The notes beneath the pieces were generated by a model. That model was not told the DNA's origin and ran no database searches. It worked only from the letters and a program-made list of their open reading frames with translations. The position numbers were made by a program, and so were the translations under genes. Shown here in pieces: positions 24,904-36,429 of a DNA stretch of 64,000 nt (its first letter is position 1; every line of letters starts with the position of its first letter). Source of the stretch: Oopsacas minuta (taxonomy: Eukaryota; Animalia; Porifera); assembly GCA_024704765.1 (NCBI GenBank), contig JAKMXF010000316.1, forward strand, positions 62,001 to 126,000. Reading direction: 5' to 3'.

Positions 24904-25718
24904 CAACGGAAACAGTGAAAAGATGGTACAGAGAATTTAAGTGGGAATTTTCATCTTGAAGACCAACCCCACCCTGGACCACCCCCATACGCTGTTACAG
25001 AGGGAATTGTTGAGTCAATTGAGGACATGGTGATAGCAGACACAAATGTTACATATGAGAGGTTTCAATACGAAATTGGTATTTCATCTGGAGCAGTACA
25101 CACCGTTTTACACCAATCCCTTCAGCGACGTAAACTTTGTGCCGCCCGCTGGATCCCACATCAGCTTCACCCTGAGCAGAAGCAGAAGCAGAATCAAGTG
25201 AAATGGTGCCATGAAATACTTACAAAATTCAACAATGACAACAGTAGAGATGTTTCCAAGATAATAACAGGTGATGAAACATGGATCTATCACAATGATC
25301 CAGAAACAAAGCAGCAGAGCCGTCAAAGATGTGAAATTGGAGAAAGTTCCCCAACAAAGGTTCGCAGAACTCAGTATATCAAGAAAAAAATGTATGCAAA
25401 CTGTTATATCTCTTGAACCCGGTAAGACAATTAATTCAACCTGGTATACAGAGAGTTGTTTGCCTCTAGTCATAAAAGCAATAAATTTACAGCGTCCTGG
25501 CACAGGATTAAGAGGAACTTTTTTGCTCCACGATAATGCCAATTCTCATTCATCAAAAATGACAAGACAATTCACTGAAGAATCAGGACTACATATTTTG
25601 CTACCCCCCTTATTCTCCAGATCTAGCACCCTGCGACTTCTGGCTCTTTCATAGAATAAAAAATACCATAGAAGCAGAAATCTTTCATCGAATTCTGATC
25701 TTGGGGGTCCCTCAAAGA
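24904..25718 (+). mobile_element. Mariner element, central part (piece 2 of 3; DD34D-type motifs)
   Basis: TETVKRWYREFK, RKLCAARWIPHQL, ITGDETWIY, LLHDNA..H and YSPDLAPCDFWLF, with frameshifts. Confidence 0.9.
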
Positions 25719-28645
25719 CACAGTGTGGCATCATCTAGAATTAGCCAAATTTTTTGTGGTCTCATAACTATCTATAATTGTTCTAATATTGTTCAATAGT
25801 CTGTCGAGAATACAACTATATTGTGTTTACTGTAGTTCAGCTTCTATTTATGAATTTAAATTCTCATTGTCTAATGACGTAATTTTACAAGGTTTCAAAA
25901 CATTTTCCGAACTATAATTACGTTATCATAAATTCTAGCAGTAAATGCAATCAAATACCTACTTGCAAGTAATTCAATTCGTGATTCATTTATAAGTATT
26001 CACTATCATAACTTTGAACATTAATATCTCCCAAACTTAATAGAAATTTTTGAGAGAACTCTTTTTCGAAACCCCGAAAATTACCAAATTTCGGGATGTA
26101 TTTCGACATACTCAGAGGTAGATTTTTAAATGGGTACAATATGGGGCCTCTATATTTTTAACAATGTTAAAGTACTGTACTATCCTTAATTTAATACAAT
26201 TTTTAGCGCCCCATTCCCCACCCATTTCGAATTTCAATCCAAATTTCCCTGGGATCGGCTCAATTTCAAACTTGTGTTATTTATCCTATTATTGATACTT
26301 ACTAGACAGTACTTCCTTCCACCAGTTCAATGGATAAAACATTTATTACACAAAAAGAAGCATACGATATTTATAAATCACATGGTTGGAATTGTTCTGG
26401 TGCAGCTCGTCAGATAATTGAAGTTCATTCCTTGTCAGATGATCTGTTTGAAACTATTCGTTGGAAATTAAGAAATCTTCGAAAATCCAGAGATCATTAC
26501 CAGAAGATTTACAACTTAAATGTTTGGGAGGGTATGGAGTTTTATTCAGTCACTACTTGTAACTCTGGATCACAAATGTCGATTGACACAGTCGATTCTA
26601 TCCCTGAGCAGCACTCATTTATTGAAGAGAATCTAACAGAGATCAGAAGACCATTATTCAAACTCACAATGAAAGCTGCTCGAAACCGTTTGAACGTTTT
26701 GCTAAAGCATATTCAGTTCGTTGCCCAAAGGGAGCAGGTTGACGAGAAGAAAGTTGCTGCTTTAGCTCTGGAATTAATTTCTAACCAGGAATATGATCGA
26801 GAAACTTCCAGTATATGCAAAGAAATCATCGCAACAGGCACGTACGGAAATGTAAAGAAAGTTTCGATACCTATGTCAAGTTATATAATTGATCTTCTCG
26901 AAATTGGAGCATTCAAATACACACAGTTGAAGAAATTACTGAAACAAGATATCGTATTTCCATCCTATAAAGTAATATCGCAATACCGTCAAGAAATTTC
27001 TCTTTCACGAAGCGTTTTATTTGTCACTAACCCTGAAGGTAACTCTATTGGTGTATCAGTTCCTTATTTCGAAATACTCGAACTAACAATTCAGCGACAT
27101 CTTTTAAGCTTCGATTCCATTGTAAACAACTCACAATATCCTTTGTCAGTTCGAATTGCAGACGGTCTAGATGGATCAGGCTCACACAATTCTTACAACC
27201 AAGTGAACTCAAATCCAGGTTTAGGTACACACAGTATTATTCTATTCGGATTTAAAGTTCTCAGTATAACAGATAACACAGGTTTCTCATTATACGTCAA
27301 TACTTTCCCCAATTCACCTTTTTCATTCAGAGCAGTCTGCTTAATTGCGTTGAAGGAAAATCACGAAAACGTTAAATTTATTATGGATACACTCATAAAT
27401 CCCGCAACTAAATTAATTGTAGAACAAGGAATTGCAATTGAAAATCGTCACATAAAAGTAGAAATTATTCGATTTATATTTGATACCAAAATGGCAGGTC
27501 TATTAGATGGAGCGGGTGGTGCATCATGTCATCTTTGCACGGCCACAGGAAAGGAAATCAATAGTTTAGAGTGGGCCAGATCAGGTTTTCCAATTAATAG
27601 ATACATTACTGATGCTAATCAACTATTTGACGATATTAATGAGGACGAAATATTTGCCCTACCTTCCAAAAAACGCTGTGGCATTACCCACCACCCTACT
27701 TCCGAAATAAACATTTTAGCAGCTTCTCCATTGCATGCGTACCTTTGTGTCTTTAGGTGGTAAATGTTACTCATATATCACTTAGACGCAGGTTGTAAAA
27801 AGTGGTCACCTACATGCACAAAAGTACAGGATTCTTTGAAACGAATAAGATCAATTATAGAAGCCAAATGTAGTATCAAAATCGATATTCCTTCTAGTCA
27901 AGGGGGGACTTCAACAACTGGCAATGTTGCACGAGACTGTTTTCGAGATAAAAGAGATTTCTTCAGATGCGCTACCTCCACTATTAACCCAGTTGATAAA
28001 CCAACCCTTAAAATGATTCAAAACAACCTCTCGGTGATTTTGAGGATAGTTAACAGCAAAGACCACATTAATTGTCATGGTCTTGAAAATCTTTGCAAGG
28101 AAACGTGTGAAATTGTTTTGAATCACTTTCCTTGGGTAAGTATCTCTCCCTCTCTTCATAAACTGCTTGCTCATTGTTTTCAAATAATTTATTGCTATAA
28201 TCATGGTTATGGACAACAAAACCTTTCTGAAGAGTGTTTAGAGGCTTGCAATAAGTATGTCAGAAGGTATAGAGAAAATTTAGCAAGAAAAACATCCTTT
28301 TCTGACAACTTTCGTGATATTTTAGTCAGACTTTTGTGCTTCAGTGACCCTGTATTGGTTTTAAATCGTCACAAAAGTATTAGAAAGGCTAAATCAAACG
28401 AAGATAGCATGCTTGAAACATCTGAACAGGATACCCTTTATGAATCCCTGATAATCTATTAAAATTATGAATTAGTGATTTTAGTGATGACGTCATCCTC
28501 ACATATTTTGAGTGGGTTAATTAAAAATTTGACTTGTCCAGTGAAATGTACGGGGTCGATTTCATATATAAGTATAATACAAATATTATCGATTTGAAGT
28601 TACAATTTGGCTAATCCCTCATTTTCGCCTTTTTGCCACACTGTG
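25719..28645 (+). mobile_element. RAG1/Transib-like transposon family 2 (2927 bp, complete ends, 5-bp TSD)
   Basis: CACAGTGTGGCA at 25719 and its reverse complement ending at 28645; perfect TSD AAAGA at 25714-25718 and 28646-28650; inserted into the mariner coding sequence. Confidence 0.96.
26330..28462 (+). pseudogene. RAG1-core-like DDE transposase, 710 codons with a single in-frame TAA (27761-27763)
   Basis: ORFs 26330-27763 and 27764-28462 are in the same frame. By-eye RAG1 equivalents: LDGSG (D600), FDTK (D708), CHLC and HKLLAH (zinc site), TGNVAR (GNFAR), SEECLEACNK (E962), plus an NBD-like segment at 26645-26840. Confidence 0.9.
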
Positions 28646-28824
28646 AAAGATGTGATCGGAGACATCAATGAAAATGAATTTGAAGAAGCTATTCAAGCTT
28701 GGTTTAAACGAATGAACAAGTGTATTCAAGCTAAGTGATGCTATTTCGGATAATTATAGCAAAAATATATATACAGATTGATGCTTTTTGATTCTTAGGC
28801 TCTAAGGTTATTTAGTGCCCCTCG
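28646..28824 (+). mobile_element. Mariner element, C-terminus and right TIR (piece 3 of 3)
   Basis: LK|DVIGDINENEFEEAIQAWFKRMNKCIQAK; ends ...TTATTTAGTGCCCCTCG|TA, an imperfect match to the TIR at 2230-2259. Confidence 0.88.
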
Positions 28825-29392
28825 TATAACCTGGAATTTGATGAAATTTCAAATTTTGTCGAGAAAGGAAAATAAGTAGCGACAATATACAATCGTCAAA
28901 TCAAGTGTTGCAAAGACCCTAATGTATTCAAACTAATGCACGATCGGTGCTCATATTGTATTCCAGAAAATTAAGGTCTCAAAGAAATGGTATTAGCATA
29001 GTTGCACGTTTACCTAAAGTTTCAGACTAGTATTTAACTGATTGAAATAGCAAAATATTCTTGTGCATACATACAGTCAAATTCGACCATAGACTTAATC
29101 TACTTTCGAAAACGATCAAAGATTTTACATATCAACAAAAATCAATAAATGTATTTGGGGAAATTTGTATCTTCAGTCTATGAATTCATCAGAAAACATA
29201 GAAAGTGCTTGGATTAGGCACAATTCACATTAACAGGCAATACTATAGATTGCAGATAGAGTGAACGAGAAGTAAAATGCAAAAAACTCCGATTATACGT
29301 TGCAAACTCTGTTATCGAGACTTGTATACTCCAGAATTTGAGGCAAAATATAGAAGCATATACTTGTAGATAAATCACAAATATATGAAGCA

Positions 29393-29552
29393 CAGTGAAA
29401 GCCACTTAATCGGGACGTCATCGAAGTCGGAATTTTGTCACGTATAACCGAATGTCCCGATTATCCGATGAAATTTCTATTATTAGATATAGATTTGTTC
29501 CGATTAAGTGCGTCTCACGTTTATCCGTCTCCCGATTAAGTGTCCTTCACTG
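29393..29552. mobile_element. pogo/Tigger-like MITE
   Basis: CAGTGAA..CACTTAATCGGGA ... TCCCGATTAAGTG..TTCACTG|TA. Confidence 0.7.
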
Positions 29553-30442
29553 TATCTGTTGAATGATACAATCAGACATAATGAATTACTAACTGTTCGA
29601 ATAGTAGAAAATTAATCTTTTGATCTAGTCAGCCAAAAATACAACTTTAGCTTGCTTGACTTAACAAGTGCTTTTGATTAACTAGAGGAATTTGATCACC
29701 AATCTAAAGACATTTCAAAACGATCCGGAGTTGCTACAATTCATAATAGTACATTAGACACAGAGTTAAGCAATAAGCAGAGGTCACCTCAAATATATAT
29801 ATATTAGAGACAATTTATTTTGCTCAAAGATTTCTATACAATTGATGTACAAATATATAACAATAGTACGGAAATCGACAATATTCAATACAATAATTAC
29901 CTTGCAGTCGATCATAGTATTATCCATTACTTCATGTCATACTAGACATAGTTTTGCCGCTTAGGTAATGTAATGAACAAGAATGCAATACAAGATTATG
30001 ACAAAACTGATATAACATTACTTAACACGTGAAATGAAGCCAAATATTGGAGAAATACTCACAAAATAGTTGATCAGACAATTTTCAAGAAATTCTTACC
30101 CTAGTTAATAAATTTATACAGGGATAATCTAAAGAATAAAACAAATAATGTTATATAGGAATACAATAAAGAAATCCAACTATCGTAAAATTTCATGCGT
30201 GCGGGAAATGTAAAACGGTTCAACACTTTGAGAATCAACAAAGTAAATCGTACAATAAGCGAAAGAAATATGAATTCTTAAATAATCAACGTCTGCAGTA
30301 CAAGCATTAAAACCCAACAGCTATGAGATTGATATAATTCTTACCCATGAAAATATTAGAAATTTTTTAATAAAACTCAATTATTGAAAATTTCAAGGAC
30401 TATGACTTCGAAATGTAATGTAGGAAATTTGTGATAAGAGAA

Positions 30443-33235
30443 TCAATGCTGTTTACGCAATGCATATCCCATCGAATGTACTTTATTGAATATCCTTTTA
30501 TCTATGGCAGATAATGAAGAAGAAGAATGTAATTTATCAATAAGTGGAGAAAATTCTGCACTAGAGTATGCTCGATCTAAAATTTCGATTTTTCTAACAA
30601 TCTTACGCTCACTAATTCTTGTTATCATATCTGAGAATACTGAAAAAAAAATATTCTCATCTTTCCGTAGAAGAAAAATACTTTTATGATGTCCGGTTTC
30701 AAAAGTTGACTCTAATCGCGATTTAGTAGAAGGAGTAAGGTTTGAAGAATTGTTCCCATTGCAGCTTTTCAATACATTTCCAACTGTTCGGATTTTAGCG
30801 TATATCTTCTGATATACATCACCTGTATGCCTAGACTTTAAGCGCAATAAAACTGGAACAAACTCTGAGGTACTATTTGCCTTATGGATTACTTCTGCCT
30901 TGGAAACAGGTAGGTGATCTTCGACACGAGTAATGAATTTTTGGAAAACGTTGAAAAATAAGGTCTCGTCAGACTTAAGAGAGAATAGACTCTTTCTGAT
31001 ATTTCGCATATCATTAATACATACATGGTTTGTCAAACTGCTATTAGTGGACTTAGCACTTTGCAATGTGCGGATATTAAGTTGAGGAATTTGAATAGAA
31101 AATTCTTTGAGAAATATTCGATCACTCCTAACAAAAGAATTTTCAGAATCTAATACCGATTTGTCGCTATCCTGTTGAGATTGATGCCGATTCATAGAGG
31201 CATCAAGGACAGAATCTTGTACTTTAGGGCTAGAAGCAATAAAAGGGGAGTGTTCAGGAGAGGTAAAAGTTTCGGAATGAAGTGATACAGCTGAAGGACA
31301 ACTGGATGCTAATTCTGAAACAATAGACATTCTATCACCATCAAGTAAAGAATTATTCAGAGGAGACACATTTGAACAACTGTGATTGAGTTGTGAAATA
31401 ATTGTCTCGGTTTGATAATCAGATACAGGATGAATTAGAGGAGACAAAATAGTCGAATTGGTAGTGAATTCTGAAATAGTAGGAGAAAGCGGATCACATA
31501 ACAAATCATCCTGAGGATTCAAGGTAGGACAATTTGAAACATTAGAAGAATCAAGAGAGGTAGTCAAAAGAGCAACAGTAGGATCACTCACATCAGATAC
31601 CAGAACAGATTTCTCAATAAATGGATCCGTCTGCAATTTTTCGAGCTCAATAAATGCATCAATCAATCCGAAATGGCCAAACTGTATCCGATAATATTTG
31701 TCGTGAGCTCGGCGACTGTGTCCTAAGAAAAGCGACATTGCTTCTGCAAGATGGGGTTTATGCTTACCAGTCAAGGATGCAGCAGCACGTCTAAAATCTG
31801 TAACAGTGCCAAAGTATTGAATCTCCATATCTTTCAAACACCTTCTAATAAAGGGTGTTACGAGGAGCTCTCCACATTTTTTGCCTTCAAATGTCTGGAA
31901 AACTGGACTATAAGGCCCTAGGTTAGATTTTCCTGAGGAGTAAATCTCCAGTTTCGGTAGAATGATCTGTGTGAATATTTTAAGAGCACGAAAAGTGGAA
32001 GGATAGAGAAAGATACTTGCGCATTGAATATGTCCGGTCTTATGATTCGCAACATGGATTTGAAAATGTTCAGAATCATCAAGCGACCTGGCCTTCTCAA
32101 CCTCTTGGATCAACATACCAGATATTATCCCTGCTCGTTGGCCGTTTGGAATAATTATCTCACAGATTAGATAGTTTCTCATTCTACAATATGAATCTTT
32201 TGAGAGGGGATTGGAAGAATTTGTATACGATTCGAATAGATCCATGTGCTCATATTTGTGCCTTCTATTTCTCCACTTCTGTACAACCTGGGTAGTATGT
32301 TCAAAGTTGTTTCTGTTTACCGACATTACAGATTTCATCCTCTTATTTCTTTGACGTACCAAGGATTTTTCAACTCCCTTAAGCATAGATTGCAAACGTT
32401 CAAAATCTGGGGAAGGAAGAATATTATTTTCATGATTTCTTAGATAATCGGTAAATCTGAAGAGCGATCGAACTCTCGAGTGCACAGTAATGGGAGCCTT
32501 GCCTGATTTGGATTCTTTAGTAATATAATTGTTTATAGAATTGACATCAAAAAATTGTTTCTCGCCAACACTATTTATTATGCGACAAATGTTTGCGATA
32601 TCGATGTTCACGGATTTTTCTGATTTTGAACCGCCCCAGCTGGTTGTAATAAATTTTGCATAACCCTGGACTGCTAGAAAGAAGTGTTCAGAAATAAGAT
32701 TCTTAAGACGCTGAATGTTGAAAATGTCTCTGGTATCGAGTAAAATATCTGTGTCCTCTTCATCAGAAGGGAAGTCGGATAAAGAAGAATTTAAGCTATT
32801 AGGAGCATCAATATTAGAAACAGTTGATTGATGGATAATTTTTGGTATCATATCAGGGTGTAAACACGGCGGGAGATTCTTGTATTTAAATAGGGGGTTA
32901 TAGTTAGTTTGCGTGTGATTATGAAAATGAGACATTCGTTCACACGGTTTTGAGTTCAACAAGATCTCTTCAAATTTCTCATCCCCACGATTAATGTCAT
33001 GAACTCTGATAATGTGAGTGCTAAGATCTTGAACAGAAGATCCGCATAGATAACAAATATTCCCCTTGATGATTGATTTATTTTTGTCCAATTTATCTTT
33101 TCTTGAAAATTTAGTCCCAAAAGAAATTTCTTCCAGATTATCAGCGGAAATCAATCCTTTTCTCAAATGCACCCGGAGGTGCCTACGATATTTCCGGTAG
33201 TTTACCAGATTATTGCATATTTGGCATCTAACCAA
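30443..33235 (-). CDS. Tyrosine recombinase (Crypton-like) with N-terminal zinc fingers and a duplicated C-terminal module
   Basis: 930 open codons. Motifs NGQRAG (R), HKT (K), TDFRR (R), LGHS (H) and KYY (Y) are in catalytic order; two CxxC..H..H fingers at the N-terminus. The annotated start is TTG, so the true 5' end probably lies in an upstream exon. Confidence 0.8.
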   Translation of the reverse strand: MVRCQICNNLVNYRKYRRHLRVHLRKGLISADNLEEISFGTKFSRKDKLDKNKSIIKGNICYLCGSSVQDLSTHIIRVHDINRGDEKFEEILLNSKPCERMSHFHNHTQTNYNPLFKYKNLPPCLHPDMIPKIIHQSTVSNIDAPNSLNSSLSDFPSDEEDTDILLDTRDIFNIQRLKNLISEHFFLAVQGYAKFITTSWGGSKSEKSVNIDIANICRIINSVGEKQFFDVNSINNYITKESKSGKAPITVHSRVRSLFRFTDYLRNHENNILPSPDFERLQSMLKGVEKSLVRQRNKRMKSVMSVNRNNFEHTTQVVQKWRNRRHKYEHMDLFESYTNSSNPLSKDSYCRMRNYLICEIIIPNGQRAGIISGMLIQEVEKARSLDDSEHFQIHVANHKTGHIQCASIFLYPSTFRALKIFTQIILPKLEIYSSGKSNLGPYSPVFQTFEGKKCGELLVTPFIRRCLKDMEIQYFGTVTDFRRAAASLTGKHKPHLAEAMSLFLGHSRRAHDKYYRIQFGHFGLIDAFIELEKLQTDPFIEKSVLVSDVSDPTVALLTTSLDSSNVSNCPTLNPQDDLLCDPLSPTISEFTTNSTILSPLIHPVSDYQTETIISQLNHSCSNVSPLNNSLLDGDRMSIVSELASSCPSAVSLHSETFTSPEHSPFIASSPKVQDSVLDASMNRHQSQQDSDKSVLDSENSFVRSDRIFLKEFSIQIPQLNIRTLQSAKSTNSSLTNHVCINDMRNIRKSLFSLKSDETLFFNVFQKFITRVEDHLPVSKAEVIHKANSTSEFVPVLLRLKSRHTGDVYQKIYAKIRTVGNVLKSCNGNNSSNLTPSTKSRLESTFETGHHKSIFLLRKDENIFFSVFSDMITRISERKIVRKIEILDRAYSSAEFSPLIDKLHSSSSLSAIDKRIFNKVHSMGYALRKQH

Positions 33236-35585
33236 GTCCTTGGAAATCGTGTTCTGAAAATTAGGAGAGCGAGTAGAATAACCTAAAAGAAGTAGAGATA
33301 AAAATAGTAACAGAGGAAGTATTTTTCACCTTTCAATATTACGACTCATGGTTGTCAAATGCTGTACTATGTTACCACTTTCATATTGTTCCCAATAGTA
33401 AATTAGACTTGGTATTATATACGATTGATCTAATGTATATCGCGATGGTAAATAACAAACGATTATTTCTAGTAAATTGCTTATAACCGTAGGTAAGTAA
33501 ATAACTGTACATTTCACGTAGCTACAAGCAGAAGTAAACTATATATCTTTCGAGAAAATGCAAAAATATATCTTGTAAATAATATAGTTGCCTTTGTAAG
33601 AATGCGAAGAAATGTTCTGGTTATGGTTGAATCAACATTACAAGCTCTGCCAGCACAAAACAAACGTACTTTAAGCCAAAACATGTCATTTTCGCATTGG
33701 ACATTGATTAATATATTGCAAAGTTTCCAAAAATCAATTTAATCAAAACGTAGCAAGGATATATTAATCATACCGAAAAATACGAGTAATCTACATTTGA
33801 AATATTCCATAGTCACTATTAGAAACATAGTTATTGCAATGAACAAAGACATATGGGGCGATAACAAAAAATGATCCCAATGGTGGAAAATAATTGACCA
33901 TCAACAAGTCATGTGATTTAGAGTTCAAAACAGTCATTTGTGGAGTGTGGCATGAGGAGATAGATTTGATGGTATAGGGTCAGAGTAAAGCTAACGACCA
34001 ACCTCTAAGATGATACATATACATGCACAATGGGGGAAAATCAAATTTGAGAATTTAGAATATAAGATATGTGAAGTGTTAGCTAGAATATCAGTGTTAC
34101 CTTGAGGGCATAACCCATATGAGTATATCCTTTAAGTAATGTCCAAATTTCGAAAAATCCAGTTTCTGAAGAAAATGTAAATATATCAACATGAAATTCA
34201 TATCTTCCCATATCATTGTTGAGCTTTTCGTGTCAAGGGATTTCTTCAATGAGATGAAATAGAATGGCTAATATAAGCAAAATAAATCTACACGCAAACA
34301 TGTCGCTAAATGGCATCACACAGAGTAACAAGATGCAGTCGAACGAGCAAATTGCGTCATCGTAGATACAGCAGTGGTGTTTGAATATAGGAAGGATCAG
34401 TGCAATGAAGTTGCACTCACAGTAGTGCACGATAGAAGTAGCACATATAATAGATTTGCAAAAATTAGTAATGTGAACAATGCGACCAAGAAAAAGCATT
34501 GAACAAAACTCATTAAATATAATTTCGTCATGCTACGAATTCCCTTTCGATAATAGTTAATATTTCTTCAAATATGTATTTAGAAATTGAATCTCGTCAG
34601 TCTACAAATTCCATCTCGACAGCATTGAACATTTCATGAATACATAAATCTCGGATATCACTAACCAAATATCTCAACTGTATACACAGATTTCAAAATT
34701 GTCTCCAAAATGTACCCTTTGTGAGAACATAGTATCGCCCCAGTTAACTTATACTGGATGTTAGGGATAAAATGTATACAAATCAAATCACCACCATCCT
34801 TAAACATTCGTCAGGTAATTGTCGCAAAGGGATAGGACACGAAGGGCTCGTAAGCTATTAAGTAAACATTAGACTGGGAATATTGATTGGATTGAAAATT
34901 GATCAAAATAAAGCTACTTGAGTAGGGGAGAAAGAACTGGGAGGAATACTCTTCGGAAGTCCAGAGCCTCAGCCCAATGATTATTAGTAGCAGTTGTTGT
35001 GCATAAAGTTGCTTAACAACAAAAATGTCACATGATAAATAAACTGAAATAAGAACCGTGTAAAAAAAATGGTCACTAAATATGTGTCAAAGATCAAACA
35101 AAGAAGCTGTGTGCCATATAATCGGATGTGATTACCTTCTGATGACAACGAAGGGAGATGCACTCAACACAATCAGTGAATTTCAAGATATACTCAGGTT
35201 TGGATGATGTTCAAGAGGTATGTGCGCATCACATATAGTAGTTGATCGATAAATTTACCACAAGTATAAAAGTTTCATACTAATTCAAAACATCAGCTGG
35301 AAATAATATAGGACCCTTATTTCGTTTCGTTTTACAAGGGAATGAGGATTAACTGTCTTAGTACGGGGCTTCACTATGACCCCTATATGTAATATCTTGT
35401 GGATCGCTGATACTTTGGAAAAATCTATGGACCTCGCAAAAATATTGTGGCATCCATACAGTAGGTGTTGGATATGTAAACAAGGACATGCAACTATACA
35501 TGGTATGTCATAGTATCAAATATGTTAACATATAGCTGATGAAAGGGATTATACAGACAATAATTACTTATTGAAAAGGTCTTCT

Positions 35586-35825
35586 TCATACTCTGCTGAG
35601 ATTGTATATTTGGCTGAGACGGCTTTCTAAGACTGTTAATCTTTCCTGTAGTGCTGCAATTTCCTCTCTCATTTGCTTTCTCTCCTGAGCTGTTTCCTCC
35701 CTCTCCTGTCTCAAAATCAAAATTTCCTCCATTCCTATCTCGTACTTTTCTCTGAGATTTCTGTACTTTGCCTGTAGTTTGGCAATGGAGTTCACTGAAG
35801 TCTGACGAAACTTCTTGTGACCTAA
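35586..35825 (-). other. Possible coding exon for a coiled-coil segment
   Basis: Heptad-rich open frame (LQAKYRNLREKYE..IAALQERLTVLESRL) preceded by a pyrimidine-rich ..CATTTAG acceptor-like site. Confidence 0.35.
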
Positions 35826-36429
35826 ATGAGGTAGAAGATTTCAGAGAATGAAATTTTATTGAAAGTGTATTTCAGGTACTGGGAACAGTACCAAAGTATT
35901 ATCCAAGAACAAACATAAAAGTTTCCTGACTACCCACAATGGTAATACAATATTTATTATTATTAGGTCATGGATATATTTTCTCAAGAATTCTTAAGAA
36001 AATCCATATTATGTATGGGGTACAAGTACCAAGATACTTCGTTGCGAAATGTGTGCAATTCCGAGGCAGAAACTGCCGAGTAGATGGTATTAGCTAATAG
36101 CGAGCAAGCGAAGAGTTCCTTATACAGTGGCTTAAATTGACAGTTGGTAGGGAATAGATATCTGGGTACATGTTATCAATATACATTACATTATTCACAT
36201 ATGGGTTATCGATATCTAGAAATACTTTCGCAATGTAAAATATTGGATACGACTTCTACTTTCAGTGTTATGACGTCATGATGATGACATCAAATTCTTA
36301 AAACTAAATAATTATGCTGCCTTCTTATAGTTAACGTGACGTAACATATCACTTAGATATATTTGTTATTTAACGATAAGAGGATGTACTAGGCTGTCTA
36401 TTGATGTCTATATATTGTCTTTGAAGTCA

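Noticed and set aside
29391-29397. CACAGTG heptamer near the family 2 element
   Set aside because: It is the left end of the pogo-like MITE 29393-29552, whose other end is CACTG|TA.
33233-33235. TTG as the true start of the recombinase, and other TTG/GTG starts in the ORF track
   Set aside because: The window is eukaryotic, so these starts reflect the ORF caller; an upstream exon or downstream ATG is more likely.
34026-35941. CACAATG at 34026 (followed by GGGGAAAAT) and at 35935 as Transib-type ends
   Set aside because: No matching inverted partner or TSD was found; a 7-mer is expected by chance in 64 kb.
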